Under the pieces are notes generated by a model that saw only the letters and a program-made list of their open reading frames with translations, was not told where the DNA came from and did not search any database. Of a DNA stretch of 63,455 nucleotides, positions 11,555 through 21,292 are shown piece after piece. Both the position numbers and the translations under genes were made by a program. The DNA is from Flavobacteriaceae bacterium (lineage in GTDB: Bacteria; Bacteroidota; Bacteroidia; Flavobacteriales; Weeksellaceae): contig JABCOA020000021.1 in the NCBI GenBank assembly GCA_013333875.2, forward strand, positions 1-63,455, in the 5' to 3' direction. How positions within the stretch are numbered: the stretch's first letter is position 1; the number at the start of each line of letters is the position of its first letter.

Positions 11555-12957
11555 ATGAAAAAAATATTGTTTATAGGGCTGTCCATAGCAGCTATGATAT
11601 CTTGTTCCAGAGGAAAAGAAACGGTAGAATACGGTGATTATCAAGATGATACATCTGAAAATCCTACGAAAATGGCAAAAGTAATCTATGGAGAAGATCA
11701 TTCTATGATTTCTAACCCAGAACGGGGATTTTGTACAAGAAACGGCTACCACAGCAGGAGTTCGGTAATATCTGATTATGAAATCAATACACTGAAAAGC
11801 GGCAAACACACATTAGTTTTTTTTGATTTTAAATTGAAGGAGTTTATTTCCAGTCCTATAAATTCGGATATGCTGGGAATGATGCAGAGAAATTTTGATA
11901 AACTGAGAGCTAATGGGATAAAGGCTGTGGTTCGTTTTACATATTCTAACAGCACTTCTGCGGCTGTTTATGATGCTGAGCCATCTATCGTTTTAAAACA
12001 TATTTCTCAACTAAAACTAGTTTTAGAGAAAAATAAAGATGTCATCGCCCTTATAGAAGCAGGATTCATCGGTGCATATGGAGAATGGTATTATTCCACA
12101 CATTACGGAAACAAAGGGCAGGCTGATTATGCTAAACGAAGAACCATCATCAATGCTATGCTGGACACTTTCCCAAAAGAAAGAATGATAGCGGTACGAA
12201 CTCCATTGATTAAAACCAATCTTCTTAATATTTCTTTAAACTCTCCATTGACTCTGTCGGAGGCTTTTAATAGAAGTAACAAAGCGCGTCTGGGATACCA
12301 TAACGACTGCTTTTTAGCGGATGAAAAAGACAGGGGAACTTACACCAATGAGCAAGATAAAAATACATGCAGTTAGACTCTAAATACACCGTTGTAGGAG
12401 GGGAGACCTGTACGCCGCCGACCACCTATTCTCAGTGTAATGCAGCTCTGCAAACTATGGGAAAATACCATTGGTCTTATCTCAATCTAAGCTATCATCA
12501 GGATATGATTGCGGATTGGAAAAACACACATTGTTTTGATGAAATCCAAAAAAGGCTGGGATATCGTTTCGTGATGAAAGAAGTCCAATATACCGAAAAA
12601 ATGGAGTCAGGAAAAAACTATAAATTGATACTGAATTTTGAGAACAAAGGCTTTGCATCTCCCTATAATCCAAGGTCTGCGTACATTAAATTCCGTTCCG
12701 TTTCAGATGGCAGAATATATTTTTCTCATCAGATTCAGTCCAATCCTCAGTTTTGGTTCACTGGAAATCATCGGTTAGAAATATCTGTAAATCTCCCAAG
12801 CCATCTTCCTGCGGGGGATTATGATGTTTTGCTTCATCTTCCAGACGCATCCATGTCCATCGCTGATAGGGCTGAATATGCTGTCAGATTTGCTAATATC
12901 AAGACCTGGGAGGCTGCCACAGGTTATAATAAACTATTTACCCAAACTAAAAAATAA
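11555..12957 (+). pseudogene. DUF4874/DUF4832-like glycoside-hydrolase-like lipoprotein, split by a frameshift near 12359-12370
   Basis: Lipoprotein signal MKKILFIGLSIAAMISC; ORF 1 stops at 12376; ORF 2 (from 12367) continues the same protein family in another frame; A5 run at 12359-12363. Confidence 0.6.
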
Positions 12958-12960
12958 TAA

Positions 12961-13815
12961 ATGAAAGAGAGTTTTTTAATCGTTTTTCTTTGTGGATTTT
13001 TCACTTTTTCTTTGGCTCAAAAAACCAAAAGATTGCCTTTGAAAAATTATAAAATCGCTGATATAAATGATACTTTGAGGGAAACATCAGGATTAACACT
13101 GATGAATGGGAAGTTGTATAGCTTCAATGACGGTGGAAATCCCAATGAAATTTATGAAATAAATCCTGAAAATGGGCAGATAATTTCTACCATCAAAGTT
13201 GATTTTCCAAACAGAGACTGGGAAGCCATGACCAACGACGGGCAAAGCTTTTATATAGGAGATTTCGGGAATAATGGTGGCAAAAGAACGGATTTGGCGA
13301 TTTATAAAATATTGGATAATTCTCATCAGAAAATCAGATTTAAATATAAAAATCAACCTCATTTTAGCTTTAAAAAAGACAAACACGATTTTGATGCCGA
13401 AGCGATGATTTTCAAAGATGGGAAAATTTATCTTTTTTCCAAAGAATGGGCTTCACTGAAAGTTTCTAAATACGCGATAAATCCCGATGCAGAGGGGGAA
13501 CAGAGCATCGAAAAAACGGAAGAATTCAAAACCAATTTCTTAGTAACGGATGCTTTTTATTTCAATAAAAAACTGTATCTGGTGGGCTATAATAAGATAG
13601 CAAAAGCCTTTTTGATGATTTTTGATGAAGATGAAAACGGCAATTTTTTCGCTGGAAAATATACGAAATACAAGCTGGGTTCGGTCTTTAAATATGGTCA
13701 GATAGAGGGAGTTGCAGTAGATGAAAAGGGCATTTATATCTCAGGCGAAGAATTTAAGAAAATCGGTTTTCAGGCGAAACAGAGTTTGTATTTTGTCCCT
13801 TTTGAGAGGCTGTAA
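12961..13815 (+). CDS. secreted hypothetical protein (beta-propeller/SdiA-regulated-like, weak)
   Basis: N-terminal signal peptide; ETSGL motif; no firm family call. Confidence 0.5.
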   Translation: MKESFLIVFLCGFFTFSLAQKTKRLPLKNYKIADINDTLRETSGLTLMNGKLYSFNDGGNPNEIYEINPENGQIISTIKVDFPNRDWEAMTNDGQSFYIGDFGNNGGKRTDLAIYKILDNSHQKIRFKYKNQPHFSFKKDKHDFDAEAMIFKDGKIYLFSKEWASLKVSKYAINPDAEGEQSIEKTEEFKTNFLVTDAFYFNKKLYLVGYNKIAKAFLMIFDEDENGNFFAGKYTKYKLGSVFKYGQIEGVAVDEKGIYISGEEFKKIGFQAKQSLYFVPFERL

Positions 13816-13858
13816 TTTAAAATTAAATAATCTTATATTTGTGAATTAAAATAAAATT

Positions 13859-14836
13859 GTGGCTAAAATCTTAGAAGAAATCAAAGCTCCTATAAGCAGG
13901 GAAATGAAACTTTTTGAGGAAAAGTTTTATCAGTCCATGCAGAGCAGTGTGCCTTTATTAGATAAAATTACACAATTTATCATCGCTACGAAGGGCAAAC
14001 AGATGCGGCCTATCCTCGTTTTCCTTTCAGCAAAAATGACAGGCGAGGTGAGCGAAAAAACCTTTCGTGGAGCTTCTTTGATAGAGCTGATACATACGGC
14101 GGCTTTGGTGCATGATGATGTAGTAGATGAGAGCGCCAGAAGGCGTAATTTCTTCTCTATCAATGCCTTGTGGGGGAACAAGACTGCGGTTTTGATTGGG
14201 GATTATTTATTGTCCAAATCGGTAATTCTTTCTACTGAAAATAAGGATTTTGATTTGTTGGAAATCGTTTCCCAAACCATAAAAGACATGTCCGAAGGCG
14301 AGCTTTTACAACTGGAAAAAGCAAGAAAGCTGGACATTACGGAAGATGTTTATTATCAGATTATTAGGCAAAAGACAGCTTCGCTTATTTCGGCGTGCTG
14401 CCAGATAGGAGCAGTTTCTAATAATGCTGAAAACTCGCTGATAATGAAGATGAAAGATTTTGGGTTTTATGCAGGAATGGCTTTTCAGATAAAAGATGAT
14501 TTGTTTGATTATTTTAGCAAAAACATCGTAGGGAAGCCTGCGGGCATAGATATTAAGGAACAAAAAATGACTTTGCCGCTTATTTATTCTTTAAAAATAG
14601 TAAATGAAAAGGACAGAAAATATTACTTTAATATCATTAAAAACCACAATAAAAACCCAAAACGAGTAAAAGAACTGATTGATTTTGTGAAAAAATCAGG
14701 CGGACTAGACTACGCCGAAAAAATAATGGAAAATTACCAGCAGAAGGCTTTGGATATTTTATCAGAATTTCCTGATAATGAAGCGAAAAAGTCTTTACAG
14801 CTGATGCTGGATTATGTAATAAAAAGAGAATTTTAA
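13859..14836 (+). CDS. polyprenyl diphosphate synthase
   Basis: Two DDxxD motifs (VHDDVVDES, IKDDLFDY); GTG start. Confidence 0.9.
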   Translation: MAKILEEIKAPISREMKLFEEKFYQSMQSSVPLLDKITQFIIATKGKQMRPILVFLSAKMTGEVSEKTFRGASLIELIHTAALVHDDVVDESARRRNFFSINALWGNKTAVLIGDYLLSKSVILSTENKDFDLLEIVSQTIKDMSEGELLQLEKARKLDITEDVYYQIIRQKTASLISACCQIGAVSNNAENSLIMKMKDFGFYAGMAFQIKDDLFDYFSKNIVGKPAGIDIKEQKMTLPLIYSLKIVNEKDRKYYFNIIKNHNKNPKRVKELIDFVKKSGGLDYAEKIMENYQQKALDILSEFPDNEAKKSLQLMLDYVIKREF

Positions 14837-14849
14837 AAAAAGTATAAAA

Positions 14850-15791
14850 ATGGAGAATAATATTTTAGATTGTGTGATTATAGGTTCTGGACCTTCTGGT
14901 TTTACGGCAGCTATCTATGCAGCGAGAGCGGATTTAAAACCTGAACTTTATACTGGTCTACAGCATGGCGGCCAGCTTATTGGGACTACGGAAGTGGACA
15001 ATTTCCCAGGGTATCCAGAGGGAGTTACAGGACCGAAAATGATGGAAGATTTGCAGAAACAAGCCGAAAGATTTGACACCAAAATTCATTATGAAATGAT
15101 TACGAAAGTGGAATTTTCTAAGGAAAAAGGCGGAATTCACAAGCTTTGGGCAGGAGAGAAAGAAATTTTGGCTAAAACTGTGATTATTTCCACTGGAGCT
15201 ACAGCCAAATATCTTGGGCTGGATGATGAGAAGAAATACTCTGGCGGCGGAGTGTCTGCGTGTGCTACATGTGATGGATTTTTTTACAGAAACCAAGAAG
15301 TTATCGTAGTTGGAGCAGGGGACACGGCAGCAGAAGAGGCGACTTACCTTGCTAATATTTGTAGCAAAGTGACCATGCTTGTGAGAAAAAACTATTTCCG
15401 TGCTTCTAAAGCAATGGCTCACAGAGTGGAAAAAACGCCGAATATAGAAGTGAAATTTAATCACGAATTGATAGGCATCAAAGGAGAAAATAACTTGGTG
15501 GAAAAAGCTGTGGTTATCAACAACCAGACCCAAGAAACTTCTGAAATCCCTGTCAGCGGGATATTCATAGCCATAGGACACCAGCCTAATACAGAGATAT
15601 TCAAGGGGCAGATAGATATGGATGAAAACGGCTATATCATCACCGAAGGAAAATCTTCTAAAACCAATCTTCCTGGGGTTTTCGCGGCGGGAGATGTTCA
15701 GGATCATATTTATCGTCAGGCAATTACAGCGGCAGGAAGCGGATGTATGGCAGCGATAGATGCGGAAAGATATTTAGGCGAATTGAAATAA
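14850..15791 (+). CDS. trxB: thioredoxin-disulfide reductase
   Basis: GSGPSG FAD motif, redox CATCDG, GAGDTA NADPH motif. Confidence 0.95.
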   Translation: MENNILDCVIIGSGPSGFTAAIYAARADLKPELYTGLQHGGQLIGTTEVDNFPGYPEGVTGPKMMEDLQKQAERFDTKIHYEMITKVEFSKEKGGIHKLWAGEKEILAKTVIISTGATAKYLGLDDEKKYSGGGVSACATCDGFFYRNQEVIVVGAGDTAAEEATYLANICSKVTMLVRKNYFRASKAMAHRVEKTPNIEVKFNHELIGIKGENNLVEKAVVINNQTQETSEIPVSGIFIAIGHQPNTEIFKGQIDMDENGYIITEGKSSKTNLPGVFAAGDVQDHIYRQAITAAGSGCMAAIDAERYLGELK

Positions 15792-15800
15792 AAAACGACT

Positions 15801-16160
15801 ATGAAAGCACTAATTTATGTTTTCCTTGGGGGAGGAGCAGGAAGTATTTTTCGGTTTATGATTTCTAATTATGCTCATAAACTGCCGATGGCAGGCTCTT
15901 TTCCTATTGGAACGCTTTTGGCCAATGTTTTGGGATGTTTTTGCATTGGGATATTTTCTTCTTTATTTAAAGAAAATGAATATTTGAAATACCTTTTGGT
16001 TACAGGATTTTGTGGTGGATTTACTACATTTTCCACATTTTCTATGGAAAACATCACTCTTTGGCAGAGTGGACAGTATGGAATTTTGGTTTTGTACTTG
16101 GCATTGAGCATTGCATTGGGGCTTTCCGCGGTGTATTTAGGAAGTCAGCTTTTGAAATAA
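15801..16160 (+). CDS. crcB: fluoride efflux channel CrcB/FluC
   Basis: 119 aa, 4 TM, GFCGGFTTFSTF signature. Confidence 0.9.
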   Translation: MKALIYVFLGGGAGSIFRFMISNYAHKLPMAGSFPIGTLLANVLGCFCIGIFSSLFKENEYLKYLLVTGFCGGFTTFSTFSMENITLWQSGQYGILVLYLALSIALGLSAVYLGSQLLK

Positions 16161-16224
16161 AGTAAAATTTTAATATTGATTTTCAAAGCATTACTGATTA
16201 AGTTGTGAAAAATACGGAAATAAA

Positions 16225-16255
16225 TTTGTCAATATAAAAAATATCCTTATATTTG
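16225..16255 (+). promoter_or_regulatory. Bacteroidota sigma-A type promoter for tRNA-Ser
   Basis: TTTG (16225-16228), 19-nt spacer, TATATTTG (16248-16255), about 30 nt upstream of the tRNA. Confidence 0.5.
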
Positions 16256-16286
16256 CACCACTGAAATGAAAGATTATTTCATTTTT

Positions 16287-16371
16287 GGAGAGATGGCAGA
16301 GCGGTCGAATGCGGCGGTCTTGAAAACCGTTGACTGTAACAGGTCCGGGGGTTCGAATCCCTCTCTCTCCG
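16287..16371 (+). tRNA. tRNA-Ser(UGA), long variable arm
   Basis: GGAGAGA acceptor pairs with TCTCTCC; anticodon loop CU-UGA-AA; GGTTCGAATCC T-arm. Confidence 0.92.
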
Positions 16372-16391
16372 CAAGATTAAAACTAAATTAT

Positions 16392-16425
16392 AAGGACTTT
16401 TGAAAAATTCAGAAGTCCTTTTTTT
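16392..16425 (+). terminator. rho-independent terminator after tRNA-Ser
   Basis: AAGGACTT / AAGTCCTT stem followed by a T-run. Confidence 0.6.
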
Positions 16426-16561
16426 ATTTCAAGTTCTGAAAGTTTTCACAAAGCGATATTCTTGCTTTTTCCTGCACTTTATTTTTTCTAAAAATACATT
16501 CACAGCCGCGAAGAAATATGCAGTATCTTTGTTTCTTATATTTTTAATAAAACATTAAATA

Positions 16562-17303
16562 ATGAGAGATAAAATAAAAAATATTAGATATTTTGAAAAC
16601 TACATCAACAAAGAGAAAAATGATAGAATTGAAAGAATATTGAAATTAATAAATAATGAAATAAAAGAAGAAAGAATTGTATTTGTTAAATCTTTTATGG
16701 CAAGAGATATTGTTATATTCTCTTATTGCTAAATATTCCGCGGGTTATCCTATAGAAGAGTTGTATACAGATTATTACAATGCTTTAGAATATATGCACC
16801 AGAGCTGGATGGTATTGGACAATCGTGCTTATCTAAAAGATACTAAATACAATCATTATTTTGGCTCAGACTATGATTTGATGCTTTGGATGCTTTCACT
16901 GGGATATTTATTAGATGTTGAAAAACAGAAATATATGCTGCTTTTAGAAATATTAGACCGATTTTCTGTAAAAGACCTGCTCTATGAAACCATTATTAAA
17001 GCCAAAATATCCGAACGACCACCTATAACAGAGGAAAGTTATAAAATGATAATGGATATGCCATGGGCGTATGAGTCTCTTCGCCATGCCGTCCTAGAAA
17101 CAGATGATGAATATGGAAAAGAACGCTCTTCCGCTCTGATTGAACATTTCTTAAATAAAGAATTTTATCAAAGGCACAAAGGTTTTAGTTTTTATGACCA
17201 TCATAAGAGTGATAATAACATATATTATGGCTATTGGAGTTTTGAAAGTGCTGCTATTGCTGATATTTTATCCGTAGATATCTCACCTTTTGAACTTCCC
17301 TAA
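16562..17303 (+). pseudogene. immunity-protein-like gene (DUF1910/DUF1911 PoNi-like, tentative), apparently frameshifted
   Basis: 56-aa ORF from ATG 16562 (MRDKIKNIRYFENYI...) stops at 16730-16732 and overlaps the 208-aa ORF in another frame (...LIAKYSAGYPIEEL...YYGYWSFESAAIADIL). Confidence 0.4.
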
Positions 17304-17357
17304 AGATATATTTTTTTACAAAAAGTAGAGTAGGAGGTAAATAAGAACACAAACAAA

Positions 17358-18044
17358 ATGGAAATTAAAAAGAAAGATTTACAAAGGAAAATAGAATCTA
17401 TGCTTTCTAAAAAATATAAATCAAGATTAGGAGATGCTGGATTTATTACTTTTTTTGGAAATACTATAGGAGTAGAATATACTTTTGGGTTCAGACTGCA
17501 ATTCGATTGTATGTTGACTTTTACAGGTTTTACAGTCGTCTTAGAAAAACTGGAGCATTTTTTCTCTAATCTCTTATTAGATGAGTTAGGTGAATACTAT
17601 GATAACGAAATGGTATTTTCTTGCTATGAATTTTATCCTCAAAAGTATGAGTTTGTACAAGAAATCACCTCCGAGGCTCATTTAGAGGAGTTTTTATCGG
17701 AGTTTTACAAATGTCTTTCATATTATGAACAAGAAGTATTCCCTAAACTATTAGATATAAAATTTTTAGCTGATTATGTGGGGAGTGTGCCTTTTGAGAG
17801 AAAAGCAGAAATAGCTGTTGGAGGGAGTTTCCCAGTACACTTATTTAAAAAAATAGCTATATTAAAATGGGGCAATCATTCAAGATATGAAGAATACAAA
17901 AACGAAACATTGAAACTTATTGATTTGTATGCTATAAAGAAACCTGAAAAAACAGAAGAAGTTGCTATTTTCAAACAAGGATTTGATTATTTAATCACTC
18001 ATTTAGAAAATGAACCTAATCCTTTTATAAAGGAGAATAAGTGA
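17358..18044 (+). CDS. hypothetical protein
   Basis: 228-aa ORF, no motif recognised. Confidence 0.5.
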   Translation: MEIKKKDLQRKIESMLSKKYKSRLGDAGFITFFGNTIGVEYTFGFRLQFDCMLTFTGFTVVLEKLEHFFSNLLLDELGEYYDNEMVFSCYEFYPQKYEFVQEITSEAHLEEFLSEFYKCLSYYEQEVFPKLLDIKFLADYVGSVPFERKAEIAVGGSFPVHLFKKIAILKWGNHSRYEEYKNETLKLIDLYAIKKPEKTEEVAIFKQGFDYLITHLENEPNPFIKENK

Positions 18045-18411
18045 CAGCAAGTTAAACGCTACCTCGCCTTGGACAGGCATAAGAAATTAAATCCATAAAA
18101 AACAATCAATGCAAAGCATAAATAAAATTACAGAGATATTCGATTTGTATTATTCAGATAAAATCACAGAAGAAGAAAGATTAACTATGTTAAAAAACAC
18201 CTACGAAAAATCATTTATGCCATAGGCGCCCAGCCGCAACCTGAGAGTCTTTTGGCGTTGGAGAAATTGGCTTCCGAAACAGATGATGAAAAAAAATAAA
18301 AGAACTGGCACTGCAACAACTTGAAAAAAGAAAACGATTAGGAAGGTGGGAGCAGAAGAAAGATGATTAGAAAATAATTAATAAATTTATGTCATTAATT
18401 TTAATTCATTT

Positions 18412-18831
18412 ATGTTAGTAAAAGCAATACAAATAGCGGTTAGCGCTCATAAGGAGCAAGTGGACAAGTCAGGACAGCCATATATTCTGCATCTTATCAG
18501 AGTGATGGATGCAGGAGAAACAGAGCAAGAAAAGATATGCGGAGTCCTTCATGACCTTGTAGAAGACACGGACTGGACTTTTGAAAAACTAGAAAATGAA
18601 GGTTTTTCGGAAGAAATCATTTCTGCACTAAAATGCGTAACAAAGCAGGAAAACGAAGCTTACGATGTTTTTATAAGCCGAATTAAAGAAAATCCATTGG
18701 CGATAAAAGTAAAACTTAATGATTTAAGGGATAATATGGATATTACTCGTTTAGTTCATATTACTAAAAAGGATAGAGAAAGGCTTAATAAATATCTAAA
18801 AGCATATCAGGAATTGAAAGCATGTTTATGA
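18412..18831 (+). CDS. small HD-domain protein, RelA/SpoT-type (p)ppGpp-hydrolase-like
   Basis: AH..Q.DKSGQPYILHL..V and VLHDLVEDT (HD) motifs in a 139-aa stand-alone domain. Confidence 0.7.
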   Translation: MLVKAIQIAVSAHKEQVDKSGQPYILHLIRVMDAGETEQEKICGVLHDLVEDTDWTFEKLENEGFSEEIISALKCVTKQENEAYDVFISRIKENPLAIKVKLNDLRDNMDITRLVHITKKDRERLNKYLKAYQELKACL

Positions 18832-18880
18832 CCTTTAATGTTCATTTTCAACCTTAATTAAGAAAGTAATAAAAACAAAA

Positions 18881-18909
18881 AAAGAGATTTAATTATTAAA
18901 TCTCTTTTT
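18881..18909 (+). terminator. terminator of the HD gene, abutting the att core
   Basis: AAAGAGATTTAAT / ATTAAATCTCTTT palindrome followed by a T-run. Confidence 0.5.
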
Positions 18910-18928
18910 ACTTAGTAGCGGGAGCAGG
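18907..18928. repeat. prophage attachment-site core, int-distal copy
   Basis: TTTACTTAGTAGCGGGAGCAGG, identical to 61509-61530. Confidence 0.85.
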
Positions 18929-19021
18929 GCTATTGTTGTTAATTGTAAATAACTGATAATTAAAAACATAAATGCTTTAAAAGATGCCTATAAGTGACCG
19001 TTTCGGGTCTGTTACTAAATA

Positions 19022-19330
19022 CTATTTCCCAGTGATCAGTTTTAATAAATGTTCTCTCTTGTCGGGAGAAATCTCAAAAGTCACAGATATTTTATCATTA
19101 TTAGGTGGCAAAGATTCTTTGTCCACAAAAACCTTAGGATAAGTAAACAAATACAATATATCAACACCAAGGCAATTTGCGATTTTGGAAAGTTCATTAA
19201 CTTTCAGTTCTCTTTTACCATTTTCTATTTTACTTATAACAGCTATATCAACACTTAGCGCTTCAGCGATAACATCTTGATTTATGCCTTTAGCTGTTCT
19301 AATTTCCTTGATATTTTGTACAACATTCAT
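19022..19330 (-). CDS. XRE/cI-type HTH repressor
   Basis: Internal ATG at 19330 gives MNVVQNIKEIRTAKGINQDVIAEALSVDIAVISKIENGKRE (classic HTH_3); divergent from early genes. Confidence 0.8.
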   Translation of the reverse strand: MNVVQNIKEIRTAKGINQDVIAEALSVDIAVISKIENGKRELKVNELSKIANCLGVDILYLFTYPKVFVDKESLPPNNDKISVTFEISPDKREHLLKLITGK

Positions 19331-19384
19331 AATAGTAAAGTTAAGTAATTGATTATCATTTTCTTTTGCGATTAAAGAGGTTTT

Positions 19385-19424
19385 ATTTGCGATTTTGGAA
19401 AGATTTATTTGCGATTTTGGAAAG
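19385..19424. promoter_or_regulatory. two tandem 18-mers ATTTGCGATTTTGGAAAG (22-bp period), candidate operators
   Basis: Exact copies at 19385-19402 and 19407-19424; a third exact copy lies inside the repressor gene at 19175-19192. Confidence 0.5.
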
Positions 19425-19436
19425 TTTTGTTTTACT

Positions 19437-19471
19437 TTGCAATACAATTTGTAATACAACTTGCAATACAA
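19437..19471. promoter_or_regulatory. three 11-mers TTG(C/T)AATACAA at 12-bp period, candidate operators/promoter of the rightward early operon
   Basis: 19437-19447, 19449-19459 and 19461-19471, ending 14 nt before ATG 19485. Confidence 0.45.
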
Positions 19472-19484
19472 AATATAAAACAAA

Positions 19485-19703
19485 ATGACGATATCACAAA
19501 AAATAATTAAAAGAATAATCTCAGATAATGATTTTTCTCTCAGAATGGCAATACACTTGAAAGCGACACAAGTGGCTGTCATTTTAAAAGCAAGAAGAAA
19601 ATCAAATAGTTTGCTGTTACCGAATTGTATAGAATTTTACAAGCAAAATGGCTATTCTGATGATGAAATCCTAGAGAAACAACCAGGGCGAAAAAGCTCT
19701 TAA
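19485..19703 (+). CDS. small Cro/excisionase-like DNA-binding protein (tentative)
   Basis: 72 aa; first gene divergent from the repressor; HTH-like stretch FSLRMAIHLKATQVAVILKARR. Confidence 0.4.
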   Translation: MTISQKIIKRIISDNDFSLRMAIHLKATQVAVILKARRKSNSLLLPNCIEFYKQNGYSDDEILEKQPGRKSS

Positions 19704-19847
19704 GTTTATATACTCCAACCATAGCCACGAAGGGTCTAAATATTATCACAAATTCTTTCTTCATAAATTTTTGGACAACAGACCAGCCTAGACGGGGTGC
19801 AGTGGCTTTTTAACTTAAAAACTCAATTATAATTTAAAATAAATAAG

Positions 19848-20156
19848 ATGAAAAAAACAGACAAACCGCTTGCGGTAAATTTAGAATTTGAAGAGCAGTT
19901 AAGAGAATTGTTGTCACAGGCTCCAGAGGGCTTTGGGTTCTTGTGTTTCTATTACCTCACAAATGGAGAAAAATCTTGTGAAGAAGGTGTTATGCTTCAT
20001 GCGGAAGGACCATTTATCGCAGATGCTATTGTAAGTGCAATGGAGGCAGAGGAACATATAGATACTTTAATACAGGCTGCGTCCTCATATGTTACTGAAT
20101 GTAGAACTCGTGAAAACAAAGGTAATCATGACAAGCACCAAAAGACAACAGTATAA
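19848..20156 (+). CDS. hypothetical early protein
   Basis: 102-aa ORF. Confidence 0.45.
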   Translation: MKKTDKPLAVNLEFEEQLRELLSQAPEGFGFLCFYYLTNGEKSCEEGVMLHAEGPFIADAIVSAMEAEEHIDTLIQAASSYVTECRTRENKGNHDKHQKTTV

Positions 20157-20313
20157 TGCCTGCTACAGGCTGAGAAAAAAAGGAATAAAAGTTTCCACGC
20201 CAGAAAAAACCATATTTGGTTCAGCTGAACTGAGTGAGAAACCTACGGTTTTCCTGCTCCTTGAAAAGTTTTCTTTTGTTGTTCAAACTCAAATATTCGC
20301 AAATGAAAAGTAG
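20128..20313 (+). CDS. hypothetical small early protein
   Basis: Internal ATG of ORF 20089..20313 (MTSTKRQQYN...). Confidence 0.3.
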   Translation: MTSTKRQQYNACYRLRKKGIKVSTPEKTIFGSAELSEKPTVFLLLEKFSFVVQTQIFANEK

Positions 20314-20488
20314 AATTGAAAATCCCAAACTAAGGGCTTTTGTAGAGGGTTTCAAAAAAACATCCACACCAGTCACTGTTATAGATTTCATAAAAGGGAA
20401 AGGGGAAGGTTTTAGTATTGGTTTTAAAACTAAAATAGACAGATTAGCCAAGGATAGCGAGTTTGTAATAAAAATTGTAACTGGATAA
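20303..20488 (+). CDS. hypothetical small early protein
   Basis: Internal ATG of ORF 20234..20488 (MKSRIENPKL...). Confidence 0.3.
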   Translation: MKSRIENPKLRAFVEGFKKTSTPVTVIDFIKGKGEGFSIGFKTKIDRLAKDSEFVIKIVTG

Positions 20489-20793
20489 TGATTTACGAAA
20501 AAAGAAATAAATACACCTGGGTATTAAAGGAGAAAGAAAAAAACAATACAGCGCCTGTTTCAGAGGCTGTTTCGGAAAAGCCGACAAAACAAAATTCTCG
20601 ATATAAAACAGCTCAGTATCGGACTTTCTGCAAAAGACTTTTTACTTATAAAAAGTTTGTTTGCAAAACTGAACTGAATATCCTTATAAAAGAACAACTG
20701 CATGCCAATACCACTTGGTATCGTAACAGAATGGTTCAGCTGGGTTTCTTGAAAGAGGAATTTAATGTTTTTAAACCAGGAGAGAATTTATAA
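20488..20793 (+). CDS. hypothetical early protein
   Basis: 101-aa ORF, start overlaps the preceding stop. Confidence 0.45.
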   Translation: MIYEKRNKYTWVLKEKEKNNTAPVSEAVSEKPTKQNSRYKTAQYRTFCKRLFTYKKFVCKTELNILIKEQLHANTTWYRNRMVQLGFLKEEFNVFKPGENL

Positions 20794-20837
20794 AAGATGA
20801 ACAAGTATTTTTTTCATTGTATTTAAATTTAAGTTTC

Positions 20838-20875
20838 CCAGCTGGTTTCGGTGTGAGCCTGCCAGCTGGTTTTTT
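20838..20875 (+). terminator. rho-independent terminator
   Basis: Two copies of the self-complementary CCAGCTGG (20838, 20862) form a stem, followed by TTTTTT. Confidence 0.5.
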
Positions 20876-20908
20876 ATCTAAATTAAAATAATATTAAAAC
20901 ATAAAATA

Positions 20909-21292
20909 ATGACAACAAAAGAATTAAAGGGATTATCATTTGCAGAATTAGAAAAATTATCATTCACAGACGAGTTTTTAAACAACGAACTTATATTAGA
21001 TATTCTTCTGAATGAACTTGATATAAAACATCAGAAAGGCTGGTATTATTCTAGTGGAGATATCATGATAGTTCTGATTAATTTAACAGATAAAAACAAA
21101 AAGGTTCTGTCGAAAATTATCAAGGATTTTAACGCGTATAATATTCTTGTAGAAAAAGCGTATACAAATAACTATACAGAAGGAGTAATCAATGCTGCAT
21201 ATTTAATCGATTATAACAAAGAAAATTTTGGAGAGACATTATTGTTTGATTGGGATAAAGGGCTTTTTTATTATAAAGGCGCAGATGAATAA
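20909..21292 (+). CDS. hypothetical protein
   Basis: 127-aa ORF. Confidence 0.5.
   Translation: MTTKELKGLSFAELEKLSFTDEFLNNELILDILLNELDIKHQKGWYYSSGDIMIVLINLTDKNKKVLSKIIKDFNAYNILVEKAYTNNYTEGVINAAYLIDYNKENFGETLLFDWDKGLFYYKGADE

Noticed and set aside
14958-15707. 249-aa minus-strand ORF
   Set aside because: It is antisense to trxB, whose identity is unambiguous. It is a shadow ORF.
15792-15800. Fluoride riboswitch upstream of crcB
   Set aside because: Only 9 nt separate trxB from crcB, which leaves no room for a riboswitch.
19331-19582. N-terminal 84-aa extension of the repressor ORF (186-aa version)
   Set aside because: The extension is low-complexity and covers the operator repeats and the divergent gene start. 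The internal ATG at 19330 gives a complete HTH_3 protein.
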